A stretch of DNA of 23,751 bases from Trueperaceae bacterium (GTDB lineage Bacteria; Deinococcota; Deinococci; Deinococcales; Trueperaceae), in NCBI GenBank assembly GCA_965215565.1, contig CBDCDZ010000003.1, forward strand, positions 1 to 23,751, in the 5' to 3' direction. Of the stretch, positions 13,287 to 23,541 are shown piece by piece (the stretch's first letter is position 1; every line of letters starts with the position of its first letter). The translations under genes and the position numbers were made by a program. Below the pieces are notes generated by a model that was not told where the DNA came from, searched no databases, and saw nothing but the letters and a program-made list of their open reading frames with translations.

Positions 13287-13471
13287 GGCGCTACGGGGTG
13301 AGTAGCGAGGTAGCGGCCCGTAATGGCGCTGTAAATGTTCAGGATGTCACTACCTGTAAAGAGGTCGAGAGGATAACGCAGATAAAGGGATGCCCCTCAA
13401 GTTTTCTTAAACAAGCATGTTATGTGGACTTCGTTCACGGCAAATACATAGGCTCGTGAAGGGTAGGGGCA

Positions 13472-14002
13472 ATGGGGCGGCGGCGTAAAAACGAGTCTAA
13501 AGAAGAACCTTTAGTGTCTATTGACGTTACGAAAAAACAGTTTGACCTTCTATCTTGGGTTTACAACGAGGGATATGGCATTGGAGCCAGCAGAACACGT
13601 TGGAGTCCTACGGCTTATCAAGGCCGTAAGCTGACAAGCGCTGAAGCTGCAACGCTTTCAAACAGAGTTAAAACGCTTGTGGAACGTCACCTCTTAAATC
13701 GTGATGGCAACGAGGTAACACTAACTGACTTAGGTCGTGAAGCTATCGACCACTTCATACGCACCCACCCGGAAGCAGTCAATAATGTTACGAAAGAGAT
13801 GCTAGCGCTTGACGGTGATGTTAGGTTGCTGGGCTCACTTTACAAAGTGCGCGATGGTTTCATACGCTACCGCCGGGCTTCAGGTCTAACAAAAGAAGAG
13901 GCAGAGCTTACGCTTAAACATTTTGATGCTTTGCATAAAACGGTTATCAGCCAGGTACAGCAAAGGTTAGAAATCATCACAGAAGAAGCACTGCAAAAGT
14001 AG
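13472..14002 (+). CDS. Winged-helix domain protein (copy 2)
   Basis: Identical to 2476-3006. Confidence 0.65.
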   Translation: MGRRRKNESKEEPLVSIDVTKKQFDLLSWVYNEGYGIGASRTRWSPTAYQGRKLTSAEAATLSNRVKTLVERHLLNRDGNEVTLTDLGREAIDHFIRTHPEAVNNVTKEMLALDGDVRLLGSLYKVRDGFIRYRRASGLTKEEAELTLKHFDALHKTVISQVQQRLEIITEEALQK

Positions 14003-14470
14003 CTCATCAATTAAGTTAGCTGCTATTTTGCTAAATTACGCCTATTTTTTAGCATTATTTACTGACCTTTTATGCCGTCTGGCATGATGTTTCATGTACT
14101 TGCCGAACAGATGCAACATAGGCTAGACTATGAGAGACTACGAACCCCGCCATACACCTTTTGGTGTGCAATGATGCGGCGATAGGAGGTTACTCAGTAT
14201 GTAGCCGAGCCAAAGGAAAGAACGGAAAGCGCTGTAAGTTTCCCGACCTATACGCGATCCGTTCTTTTAGCAAAGCCGAGCCCGTGCTAGCGGGCTCTGT
14301 AGTTTTACTTTTACCTTCTCACGACCTAAGCCGTACCTTGATATTAGCAGAGAAAGACGTTAATAGAAAGTGTACGCGAGCAACAAAGGGTAAAGACGGG
14401 TAAAGCCGAGTAAACCTAGAGAGCGCTTAGAACGGGAACCCCACCGAAACGGTGAAGAGGAACCCACTAT

Positions 14471-14665
14471 ATGCAGAACCCCGAAACTAAAGACGCCTAC
14501 AGCAAAGATGAGGCCGCAAAGCGCCTCGGTATCGGTTATGTGACGCTCCATAACAAGCTTCTAAAAACCGGTCTACTGCGAACGGTGCGCGTCGGGACGA
14601 GAGTCCTCATCCCTAAAACCGAACTCGAGCGTTTCCTGACGCCGACCGACCAGAGGGCCGCTTAA
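14471..14665 (+). CDS. Excisionase-like HTH_17 protein (copy 2)
   Basis: Identical to 3475-3669. Confidence 0.88.
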   Translation: MQNPETKDAYSKDEAAKRLGIGYVTLHNKLLKTGLLRTVRVGTRVLIPKTELERFLTPTDQRAA

Positions 14666-15051
14666 TGAAAAAAGCCGCAACCAGGGCGGGCAGCGGCGGG
14701 GGGGCAGCACGGGCTAGTGCTAAAGCAAGTATACCACTTGTAGACCGGCTGAACACCCTACACCGTGAGGTTCAAGCCCACGAGACGCAGATGTTACTCA
14801 AGGCCCGAGCCGCTGGTGAACTCTTGCTTGAGGTCAAGAAAGCCTTAAAGCACGGCGAATATTTAGTGTGGCTGGCTGAAAACTTTGAAGGGTCACAGGC
14901 GACGGCGTGGCGTTATACCCGCATTGCTAAGTGCTGGGACGAGATAGCCGCAAATTATTCAAACGTGAATGGTTTGAGTATCTCCAAAGCTCTGCACTGT
15001 GTCCGCTACGGTTACAGCTCAACCTCTCATCAAAACGGGGCGCACTCATGA
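14665..15051 (+). CDS. DUF3102-like protein (copy 2)
   Basis: Identical to 3669-4055. Confidence 0.75.
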   Translation: MKKAATRAGSGGGAARASAKASIPLVDRLNTLHREVQAHETQMLLKARAAGELLLEVKKALKHGEYLVWLAENFEGSQATAWRYTRIAKCWDEIAANYSNVNGLSISKALHCVRYGYSSTSHQNGAHS

Positions 15052-15653
15052 GTGCGCCCCTAAAACTGCACCAAAACCTTGCACAACGCATAAACGACGC
15101 GCACCGAGCCGGTAATACCGCACTCGGAAACGCTTTAGAGCATTATCACCGGGCCGGGGTACTGCTAAACGGAGTCAAGGCGGAATTACCGCACGGCACT
15201 TGGTTAGGCTGGCTCGAGACTAATTTCGACGGCACACCCCGCACGGCACAGCGTTATATGCGTCTCGCCGACAACTGGACAGCGTTAGAGGCAAAAACGA
15301 CACTCGTGACGCATTTGACACAAGGGTTAAAAGAGCTGAGTAACCCTAAACCGCTGACAGGTGAGCGAGCCGTGCGAGAAGTTATCTTCCCTGGCATCCG
15401 AGCGGCTAAAGCTCTAGCCGAAGTGCGCGATAAAGTTTTACACCGTCCGCTGTCTTTTGAGACGTACTGCCGAGAGCGCTGGGGGCTTGACGCTGACGGC
15501 GTAGCGTACACACTAGAGCTTGTCAACCCGGAAAGCGTCCCGTTAAGGAACGCGGCGATAGGTGTGATGCTCGAGCGCGACCTGAGTTTCAAAGGAGCTA
15601 TAGACCACATCACAGGCGAGTTTCAGGTGTACATAAGTGGGGGTACAAGGTGA
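15048..15653 (+). CDS. DUF3102-like two-domain protein (copy 2)
   Basis: Identical to 4052-4657. Confidence 0.78.
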   Translation: MSAPLKLHQNLAQRINDAHRAGNTALGNALEHYHRAGVLLNGVKAELPHGTWLGWLETNFDGTPRTAQRYMRLADNWTALEAKTTLVTHLTQGLKELSNPKPLTGERAVREVIFPGIRAAKALAEVRDKVLHRPLSFETYCRERWGLDADGVAYTLELVNPESVPLRNAAIGVMLERDLSFKGAIDHITGEFQVYISGGTR

Positions 15654-18600
15654 CAGACACCCTCACCCAAGCCATAGAACACGCCGACCTGCGCGAAATA
15701 ATAGACGACCTTTACCCAGATGCCGGGGTGCATCTGGGAGCATTTAAGCAGCGCATCGGCGCACCGTGGCGCGGCGGCGATAATCCCGAAGTCGTCAGCC
15801 TCAACTCTAAAACCGCACGCGACCACAAAGCCGCGGAGACCTATACCCCGTTTACGTTTCTTACTGAAGTCGCCGGATATAGCAAAGGGGAGGCCGCAAC
15901 CTACTTGATAGGCCGCGCCGGTCTCGCCAACACGCCCCAGGCCAAACGCAAGGCGGCGCGGCGCAAGCGGCAAGACAAAACCGCAGACGTGCGTGCTGAG
16001 GCCATGAGAGCCCGCAGACAAGCCGAGGCGCTGGCATTGCAGCAAACGGCCCCTACAGAGGGCGTCAGCACGTATCTGGGGCGTAAGGGCGTCACTGAGG
16101 TATTCAGCACGCACCGGGTCGCCCCGGCAAAACTACCGAACGGTAAAACCGTACCGGGAATGGTTTACAGCGCAGACAAGCACGGCGCGTTCGTACAGCT
16201 CGTTTTACACGACCTAGAAGGAATCGTCACCGGGTATCAACGCCTTTACGACGGCGAGCGCGGTAAGCAGTTTGTGTACGGTTCTAAAACGACCGGCGCG
16301 TTTGTGTTGCTCGAGCCGAGCGGCGGGCTACCCAAAACCGCCAAAGCGTTAGGCAACCTCGAGCTAGGGGTTTGCGAAGGGGTTGCAACCGGCGCGAGCA
16401 TCTGTCTGGCACGGCCCCACACCGCGATGTTTTGCTCTCTGTCAGCGGGCAACCTAGCAGCCGTTACCGAGGCGCTGAGAGGGCACTACGGCTACACCTA
16501 CCGCGAAAAAGCACGCAAGAAAGACGACTACAAAAGCCGGTTTGCCGTAGACCTCACCGTCTGGGCTGACTTCGACGAAAGCAGAACCGGACAGATAGAG
16601 GCGCACCGAGCGGCGTTAGCGTCCGGCTGTCACGTCCGGCTACCTAAGTTCAAACACGGCTACGGCGACTTTAACGACCTGCACAAGGCCAAAGGCTTAG
16701 AGGCCGTCAAACGCACCCGCAAGGTAACGCCGGACGTAACGCTAGCCTTTGCTAAAGAACTCGGCAAACAAAAGCTTAGTGCTGACAAACACCTCGCACC
16801 CTTTGCGCTACCGGATAGCGGCGCGGCGCTCATCGTCCGAGCGCCCCAAGAGAGCGGTAAGACGCACCGGTTAGCCGAGCTGCTAGACGATACGCACATG
16901 GCTGTGCTCGTGGTGACGCACCGCGAAAGCCTAGCCCGGAACCTAGCAGCGCGGCTTAGGTTTGAGTGCTACAACGATTATTCGGCGCATATGTTGCGAG
17001 ATATACCCCAGCTCGTGATTTGTTTCGACAGCCTGCAAAAGCTCGAGCTTAACGGGCAACTGCCGAGCTACGATCTACTCGTGCTTGACGAGTCCGAACA
17101 GGTTTTACAGCACACGACCGGGCGGCATATCAAACGCAAGGCGCAAAACTTCGGTGTGTTTGAACACTACTTAAAGACCGCGCCGCGCATCATTGCAGCG
17201 GACGCTAACGCCGGACGGCTGACACACGACACCCTAAAACGCTACAACCCGGAGCGCGTCATCACCTGGCACCGGCACGAGCACCATGTAGCAGCGGGGC
17301 GGCGCTTGCGCTTTACTCACGACCGGGACGACGTACTCGACGCGCTAGAAGCCGAGACCCGGCCCGCCTGGTTAGCAGCGGACAGTCTGCGCTTTACTCG
17401 TGACGTTGACGCCTATCTGGGCGACCCGGCGACGCTGACGATAAACAGTGAGACTTCGACTACTGACGCGGCGGCGGCGTATCTACTCGACCCGACCGGA
17501 CAGGCCAAAGCGCACGAGCGCATGATTGCGTCACCTTCAGTACAGACCGGACTCAGCGACGATAGCGGACACTGGCAGCACGTCTTAGGTAGCTTTACCG
17601 GTTACTCGAGCACGCCCCAAGACGCCATGCAAGCCCTTATGCGGGCGCGGCGGGTTAGTGAGCTGACGGTTTACGCTACGCGGGGGCGTGGTGAGCCTAT
17701 GAGCGTGCAAGAAGCGTTAGACGACGCGGCGGCGGCTGACGATCACGAGGCCAAAGGGTTGAAACGCGACAGCTACGGCGACCAAAACCCAAGCTATGAC
17801 CGGTTGCAAGCTGAGGTTACGTCACAGCGCTCATGGCGACAGGCAGACTATAAAACCGGACTTGCGCTCGAGGTAGCGCGTCTCGGCTTTAGCGTTACCT
17901 GCGACGTAGCCTGCGATCTAAAACCTGCTGAGGTTGAAAGACGAGACGACCGGCGCACTGCACTTAAAGAAGCCGGGCTCGAGCGCTACGTCCGCGACCG
18001 GGTAGCAGCCGAGCGTATTGACGAGGCCCGCGCCAAACTACTTGACGACAAATACACGAGAACGCAACCCGAGCACTTTGCTTTGGAACAGTATCAGTTA
18101 CGGGCGTTTTACCGGTTGCCTGACGACGTACCAGACGATCACCTAGCCGAGATGCTGCGCGTAGACGATTACAAGGCGCTGCGCGAAAAGGTTATCCGCT
18201 ACGAAAACTTTTTAGAACCGCGTGAGGTTGCCGAGGCGAGGGCGTCCGGCGACCTTGAGGCGGGCGTGCTGCGCGGCGACACCAAAGCGCACCTACTCAG
18301 GTTTGACTATCACCGCGAACTCGGCAAGGTGGTAGGCATGAACGCCGAAACCGAGGCCCACGCCGAAACCTGGCAGACCGAACAGGACAGGTTAGAAGGG
18401 GAGCTGCACAGCTTGACGGCTGAAGCTAAAGACGCCCAGACGCGGCGCAAAGGTGAGCTACTAAAACAGATTGCCAAGCTCGAGACCGATCTGGCAGCGC
18501 ATCGGCTTAAAGATGTCGGGACGACCTACAACGCCAAAAGCGACACGGTTAAGGCGTTCGTCAAATGGTGCTGCAAACACTACCGGGCGCTGAAGCACGC

Positions 18601-19156
18601 CGGACTCGTGAGCGCGACCTTAGAAAACCTGAAAGCTAAACCGCTTGAAACCATAGGCGACAGTTTGAGCCATGCCGGACTCGAGCAAAAACTGGCGAGC
18701 AAGTCAGACGGTTTTAGGGACTACACCCTGCTACTCGTTAGCGTTTCGAGCATGTGTAATTACAGCCGTCACCGACGCGAAAACTGGCGTTTCGGGCAAC
18801 AAACGGATATAAAGAATCTTGTTAGCAATTTGTTGCCCGAAATCGCCGTATTAGCGTCAGGGACAGGGTTAATTACCGCTACTGAAAAAGCTAACGACAT
18901 CTCACCGTCTGAAACGACCTCACCCCCGGCGCGGCGCTACGAACCGACCCTGGCAAATGAGCGCGTCAGCCCCTGGAAAACGCCCGGATATGAAGCGCTA
19001 CGGGCGCTCGTCCGCGAACAAAGACAAAGCGAGTCACGCACACAACTACTTGAAACCTTCAGATGGGCGGACTCAGGCGACGCGGCGGCGCTGGGCGACC
19101 TCGCCGGATATCTGCAAAATCCGCAGGTGCAAAGGCTGTTAGGAATGAGCGCATGA
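15650..19156 (+). CDS. TOPRIM primase / UL9-like SF2 helicase Rep (copy 2)
   Basis: Identical to 4654-8160. Confidence 0.88.
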   Translation: MTDTLTQAIEHADLREIIDDLYPDAGVHLGAFKQRIGAPWRGGDNPEVVSLNSKTARDHKAAETYTPFTFLTEVAGYSKGEAATYLIGRAGLANTPQAKRKAARRKRQDKTADVRAEAMRARRQAEALALQQTAPTEGVSTYLGRKGVTEVFSTHRVAPAKLPNGKTVPGMVYSADKHGAFVQLVLHDLEGIVTGYQRLYDGERGKQFVYGSKTTGAFVLLEPSGGLPKTAKALGNLELGVCEGVATGASICLARPHTAMFCSLSAGNLAAVTEALRGHYGYTYREKARKKDDYKSRFAVDLTVWADFDESRTGQIEAHRAALASGCHVRLPKFKHGYGDFNDLHKAKGLEAVKRTRKVTPDVTLAFAKELGKQKLSADKHLAPFALPDSGAALIVRAPQESGKTHRLAELLDDTHMAVLVVTHRESLARNLAARLRFECYNDYSAHMLRDIPQLVICFDSLQKLELNGQLPSYDLLVLDESEQVLQHTTGRHIKRKAQNFGVFEHYLKTAPRIIAADANAGRLTHDTLKRYNPERVITWHRHEHHVAAGRRLRFTHDRDDVLDALEAETRPAWLAADSLRFTRDVDAYLGDPATLTINSETSTTDAAAAYLLDPTGQAKAHERMIASPSVQTGLSDDSGHWQHVLGSFTGYSSTPQDAMQALMRARRVSELTVYATRGRGEPMSVQEALDDAAAADDHEAKGLKRDSYGDQNPSYDRLQAEVTSQRSWRQADYKTGLALEVARLGFSVTCDVACDLKPAEVERRDDRRTALKEAGLERYVRDRVAAERIDEARAKLLDDKYTRTQPEHFALEQYQLRAFYRLPDDVPDDHLAEMLRVDDYKALREKVIRYENFLEPREVAEARASGDLEAGVLRGDTKAHLLRFDYHRELGKVVGMNAETEAHAETWQTEQDRLEGELHSLTAEAKDAQTRRKGELLKQIAKLETDLAAHRLKDVGTTYNAKSDTVKAFVKWCCKHYRALKHAGLVSATLENLKAKPLETIGDSLSHAGLEQKLASKSDGFRDYTLLLVSVSSMCNYSRHRRENWRFGQQTDIKNLVSNLLPEIAVLASGTGLITATEKANDISPSETTSPPARRYEPTLANERVSPWKTPGYEALRALVREQRQSESRTQLLETFRWADSGDAAALGDLAGYLQNPQVQRLLGMSA
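18790..18842. repeat. 14-bp inverted repeat, candidate origin (copy 2)
   Basis: Identical to 7794-7846. Confidence 0.7.
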
Positions 19157-19344
19157 CGACCCGAAAAGCAAAACAGCCGCGTCTACTCCCTAACCTGGCA
19201 CCTATTCAGGACAGCGACGCGCTAGGTATAGACGACCTGACGACCCGCTACAAATGCAGGTGTGGCAACACGGCCCAAACCGGCATCCGTTTAGATGAAA
19301 TCGTCTGCACCCGTTGCGGCGCTGCAATGAAGGCGACCTCATGA
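19153..19344 (+). CDS. Zn-ribbon protein (copy 2)
   Basis: Identical to 8157-8348. Confidence 0.7.
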   Translation: MTTRKAKQPRLLPNLAPIQDSDALGIDDLTTRYKCRCGNTAQTGIRLDEIVCTRCGAAMKATS

Positions 19345-19529
19345 CGACCCGACAAACTGCCGAAACGGTGTTATTCGACAAGCCCGTAGGAACGTCATCA
19401 TTTGTCATCAAACCGACGCGCCGCCGCGTTGACGCGACCTACTGCCCACGTTGTCAGAGTTGGGTAGAAGTGCGCCTAAACCCTGTCAGGCTGCACTGCA
19501 CGGGCTGTCAGCGTGAGGCTAGGCCGTGA
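19341..19529 (+). CDS. Zn-ribbon protein (copy 2)
   Basis: Identical to 8345-8533. Confidence 0.7.
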   Translation: MTTRQTAETVLFDKPVGTSSFVIKPTRRRVDATYCPRCQSWVEVRLNPVRLHCTGCQREARP

Positions 19530-19721
19530 GTGAAGTCGTAGACGTGCCGACCATAGCTCATGGCACAAGCGAAACGCTAATACCCCATAGCAAAACCGGC
19601 GCACCGCTACCTGTGCTGTCACTTAGTAGCGCCCTGGCATCTGCTGGGGCTGTACATCATGGAACTGAACAGCCTTAATGATTAAACATCATGGGGTGCA
19701 ACAGAGACGGGGGGGCTGACC

Positions 19722-20033
19722 ATGCCCGGAGACACGAAACCGCACCTAGCAAGGCAGGGTAAAAAACGCAACCGACGCCCGAAACCCGGCACCGTCAAGC
19801 AGCTCAGCGCGGTGTTGTGGCGAGCGATCACGCACCTTGAGGAACACTTAGACGAGGTTACAACCGCCGAAACGGTAGATACTGCCGAGCTGTGCAAACT
19901 CACGCACGCCTTATCGCAGTCCGCAAGCACCTACTTGAAAGCGGTTGAGGTTGGTGAACTGGAAGCGAGACTCGAGGCACTAGAGAAAGCCCAGGCCGTC
20001 ACTCAAGACACGCCGGGGCGTTGGGCCGCATGA
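19722..20033 (+). CDS. 103-aa helical protein with C-terminal RLEALE (copy 2)
   Basis: Identical to 8726-9037. Confidence 0.7.
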   Translation: MPGDTKPHLARQGKKRNRRPKPGTVKQLSAVLWRAITHLEEHLDEVTTAETVDTAELCKLTHALSQSASTYLKAVEVGELEARLEALEKAQAVTQDTPGRWAA

Positions 20034-20073
20034 GTAAATGCAGTATTTTCAGGCTAAAAAAAGAGACGCAAGC

Positions 20074-20262
20074 ATGAACTTACGCAGACGTTTAGACCGG
20101 CTGACTCCGGCACGTCCTGAGCGGTGCGAGCTGCACGTCTACCTGTTCGACTACGGCGGCGATACTGCGACCGGCCCGAACGGTGAGCGTATGACAACGG
20201 CTGAAGCTGAGCAGAGGCAACAGGACGCGGCGCTCGTAATCGATTTGAGGCACAACCTGTGA
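20074..20262 (+). CDS. RLxxL-tag small protein 1 (copy 2)
   Basis: Identical to 9078-9266. Confidence 0.75.
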   Translation: MNLRRRLDRLTPARPERCELHVYLFDYGGDTATGPNGERMTTAEAEQRQQDAALVIDLRHNL

Positions 20263-20492
20263 GACTCAAAACGAGACTAGACCGGCTCGAGCAAACCGTC
20301 CCTAGTGGCGAGCTGCTAAGACACCACCTGTCTACCCGCGCCTTAGAGGTGAGCTGGCAGGTGCTAGAGCGGCGTTCGTTTTGTGCTAGCCCTGAAGTTA
20401 TAGACGCGGTTACGGCTGGTCTGTTAGCCCGTCCCGACTGTGACCTGGCGATTAGGCAACGGGTAGAGGCAAAGGTGAACCGTGAGACTTAG
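20259..20492 (+). CDS. RLxxL-tag small protein 2 (copy 2)
   Basis: Identical to 9263-9496. Confidence 0.78.
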   Translation: MRLKTRLDRLEQTVPSGELLRHHLSTRALEVSWQVLERRSFCASPEVIDAVTAGLLARPDCDLAIRQRVEAKVNRET

Positions 20493-20676
20493 AACTCGGT
20501 TAGACCGGCTCAAGACTTCAGCCCCGACCCGTCACGAGGTATGGGCGCAAGACGACGATCTGCCCGACCTGTATCACTGTAAAGAGCTGACCTTAAACGG
20601 TGACGCACTCAGTAAACGAGCGGACGCTAGCCCCGGCTTGCAAGTTATCCGTATCGTTTGGGAGAGCGTCACATGA
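20482..20676 (+). CDS. RLxxL-tag small protein 3 (copy 2)
   Basis: Identical to 9486-9680. Confidence 0.78.
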   Translation: MRLRTRLDRLKTSAPTRHEVWAQDDDLPDLYHCKELTLNGDALSKRADASPGLQVIRIVWESVT

Positions 20677-20840
20677 ACCGTGCTAAGCGTTTAGAGAAGC
20701 TCGAGCGTAAAGCTGTCCCGACACACCCGGCGCTGCTGTTTATGACCGCTGACGGGTTGCGAGATACCCATAACCGACCGGTAGACCATGCGCTAGTGGG
20801 TGCGAAAGTCATTATCGGCTTAGACCCGAGAGACATGTAA
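20673..20840 (+). CDS. RLxxL-tag small protein 4 (copy 2)
   Basis: Identical to 9677-9844. Confidence 0.75.
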   Translation: MNRAKRLEKLERKAVPTHPALLFMTADGLRDTHNRPVDHALVGAKVIIGLDPRDM

Positions 20841-20843
20841 GCC

Positions 20844-21308
20844 GTGAGGCTTAGGGGACGCCTAGACAAGCTCGAGACTGAGACCGTAGCGCACTGGCAC
20901 GCGGCCTGGGAGAGTTATAGCGAACGCCTGTTCTATCACACCGACCCTTTACTAGACCCGTTACGCGCCGCTGCTACTGAAGCCGAGGCGCAAGGGCTAT
21001 TCAAGGATGAGGCAGCCCTAAACGCCTCGTGTGACGTGTTCTGCGAATGTATCGGTATCCCCAGTCCGTTTGCGCTGTCAGCGTGGGAGGCAAAGTCAGA
21101 ACTACCCGACCTTGACGCACCGCCTGACTTAACCCGCTGGCCTCACCATTTAGCTGAGCCACCGCCCGAACCGTTAGGGGTTAGAGAGAAGCTCGAGCCC
21201 TACAAAACTAGCCCTGACATCCGCGAGAGTTTACCGGCGCTGCTGTATCTGTTCTGGTTAGCTTATGCGCGGGCGCGTCGTGAGTATCAGACGGTTGTCA
21301 AAAGTTAA
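20844..21308 (+). CDS. RLxxL-tag protein 5 (copy 2)
   Basis: Identical to 9848-10312. Confidence 0.8.
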   Translation: MRLRGRLDKLETETVAHWHAAWESYSERLFYHTDPLLDPLRAAATEAEAQGLFKDEAALNASCDVFCECIGIPSPFALSAWEAKSELPDLDAPPDLTRWPHHLAEPPPEPLGVREKLEPYKTSPDIRESLPALLYLFWLAYARARREYQTVVKS

Positions 21309-21577
21309 GGGTCGCCGGAGTCTATAACAAAGAGTCTATAAACGGCGACCCCTTTGTAATGGTTAAGGGTTGCCCGTGCCGGTTGCTGCTCTTTTGTCTC
21401 GAGTGCATATCAAGGAGTGCATAAACCGCTTGTATGTCCTGTAAACACAGCCCTATTTTGTAGAACAGGTATTCTCGGTACTCCGTAGCGCACTCAGCAA
21501 CTACGCACGACTACCAGACATGATAGCTATCTATCCCGCTACTCGCCGGATAGCGACGTGCTACCGTTGCCCGATAA

Positions 21578-22138
21578 ATGGCAGAACAGCCCGAACCATC
21601 CGAAACCCTTTACTCAGCTCGTGAGGTTGCAACCGAGTTGGGTTTAGGCGCGGCGATGCTGAGACGCTACGCCTCAACCTACGAAACGGTATCAGGCGAC
21701 GCGATCACGGTGCATCGTCGGGACGGGCGGCTATTTACTGAGGAACAAGTAAAAGTCTTAGTGCAGGCTCGTGCCTTGGTTATGCAGACTTCAGTAGACG
21801 TTGAAACTGCCGTCAAGCAAGCCCTAGATAAACCGCTACAGGTTGCGCCGGTTGCCCTGGCACAAAGTAGCGCACAGGGTAGCGACGCCCTGATAGCGGC
21901 CCTTACAGCCGCACAGAGAGAAGCTAACGCGCCGCTACTGGGTGAGTTGCGCGGTATCCGGGAAAGCTTGGAACGCCTCGAGGGTTTACAGGCTAGACAG
22001 TTGGTAGAACCCGAAACTGCCGCGCAGGTTAAGCGGTTAGACAACCTTCAGGCGAAGGCCCGCGAAACTGCCGAGACGAGCGAACACGGGCCGGTGGTGC
22101 GCTTGGTACTATGGCTCGAGCGGGTGTTACGGCGCTAA
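21578..22138 (+). CDS. MerR-HTH/coiled-coil candidate partition protein (copy 2)
   Basis: Identical to 10582-11142. Confidence 0.75.
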   Translation: MAEQPEPSETLYSAREVATELGLGAAMLRRYASTYETVSGDAITVHRRDGRLFTEEQVKVLVQARALVMQTSVDVETAVKQALDKPLQVAPVALAQSSAQGSDALIAALTAAQREANAPLLGELRGIRESLERLEGLQARQLVEPETAAQVKRLDNLQAKARETAETSEHGPVVRLVLWLERVLRR

Positions 22139-22285
22139 ATTGCTACGGTTCACATATCGGATTTGAAAACGAGAAAATACGCTGACCTGCTCTTGAGTCA
22201 TAGAGTTATGCCCACTTTTTAAGTGCAAGATTCTTCTGTTATTAGGAGATAGCCCTGACTTACAATATGTGTAGAAGGAGAATCT

Positions 22286-23023
22286 ATGAAACTTGCTCGC
22301 CTGTTACCCTTTGCCCTCACGCTCTTGCTTGCCGCCTGCGGTGGCGACGGCCCTACCCCCGTGCCACCGACCGAACCCACGCCGCCCGTAGCGCCGCCGA
22401 CCACACCAGTAGACCCGCCGACGGCACCAACGCCGCCGCCCGTACCGCCTCCCACGACCCCTACACCTCCGACAACACCTTTTGACGGACAGTACGCAGG
22501 CGATTGGATTTGGGTTGCTGTTTTGCCGGACGACTCGACCCGTACCGGATACTTAACGATTACCGAGGTTGCCGATATTATTCCTTCGTTTACAGGGGAG
22601 CAGGGAGGCTATTTGGAGTGTGATAACAACGATTGCGAGTCCGCACTAGCTAACCCGTCAAGGCAAGGCACTGGAGGTATTGGCACCTCCACTTTTGAAG
22701 GCGCGGAAAGCTTGACCGCGCTTTTTGAAAGTGATGATGGCTTCTTAGAAGTTATTGCTTTCGACCAAGATAATCGCCTTGGAAACGAGATTGACAGCGC
22801 TCTTACAACGTTTATTGGCCCAGGTGGATTTTACTCGGGGCCTGATGATGATGACGGCACTGATGTTGTCTTTGGTATAGGGCAGGTAAATGAAGCGCCT
22901 CTTTTGCCGCTCAGCTTTGAAAGCTTAGGGCTGAGTCAAAAAGAAATTGACGCGGTACGCGCTTACCAAAAGACAAGTGAGTACTCGAGCGCTCGCCAGC
23001 AGATTAGAGCTTTGGCCCGCTGA
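22286..23023 (+). CDS. Lipoprotein with Pro/Thr linker (copy 3)
   Basis: Identical to 11290-12027. Confidence 0.88.
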   Translation: MKLARLLPFALTLLLAACGGDGPTPVPPTEPTPPVAPPTTPVDPPTAPTPPPVPPPTTPTPPTTPFDGQYAGDWIWVAVLPDDSTRTGYLTITEVADIIPSFTGEQGGYLECDNNDCESALANPSRQGTGGIGTSTFEGAESLTALFESDDGFLEVIAFDQDNRLGNEIDSALTTFIGPGGFYSGPDDDDGTDVVFGIGQVNEAPLLPLSFESLGLSQKEIDAVRAYQKTSEYSSARQQIRALAR

Positions 23024-23137
23024 TAGTTTTAGCAACTTTTGACGAAAGGGCACCCGAAAGCGCTCTTTTCCAACTCACCCTATGAACCCTAATGCTCGCC
23101 CTATCTGGTGCTGGGTGGGCAACGGTGCGATAACGGC

Positions 23138-23418
23138 TTACGCTGCGACCGCCATAACGTTTGCAATCGGGACAAGGCTATGAACCTCATCCCAGACGCC
23201 GTAATCAACCCGCTCGACCTGCGTAGTGAAGGCGTAAGGCTGTGGCGAGAACACGACCTCATCTCGGATAAGGTCAGCGAAAGCGACGCGCCGGTTTACC
23301 TTGTCGGCACCTTCGACGAGAGCGTACCCGTAAGAGAGGGTGCTCGAGACTGCAACCACTACGCCGAGCCCTTTACCGTTGCGCCTAAAAGCTTTGTTTG
23401 TCTGGGTGTATTCTGCAC
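23138..23418 (-). pseudogene. 93-aa hypothetical gene, copy 3, frameshifted by a 1-nt homopolymer deletion (probable sequencing error)
   Basis: GAGCCCTTT at 23366-23374 versus GAGCCCCTTT in copies 1 and 2. Confidence 0.7.
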
Positions 23419-23541
23419 TTGGAACTCCGTTTCTAGCTGAGCAGTTAAGTTGTCCAGACCGGACTGCTTAGCTATCTTTATACTACTGCAATGTCAGTAG
23501 TATTGCAAGTACCATAGCGGCGTGTGTGCTACTATACAGAC

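Larger units (their letters stand above)
10998..21993. mobile_element. Copy 2 (complete, all ORFs intact) of the 10,996-bp replicon
   Basis: All ORFs recur at a +10996 offset with identical translations; the lipoprotein and the minus-strand gene are both intact here. Confidence 0.85.
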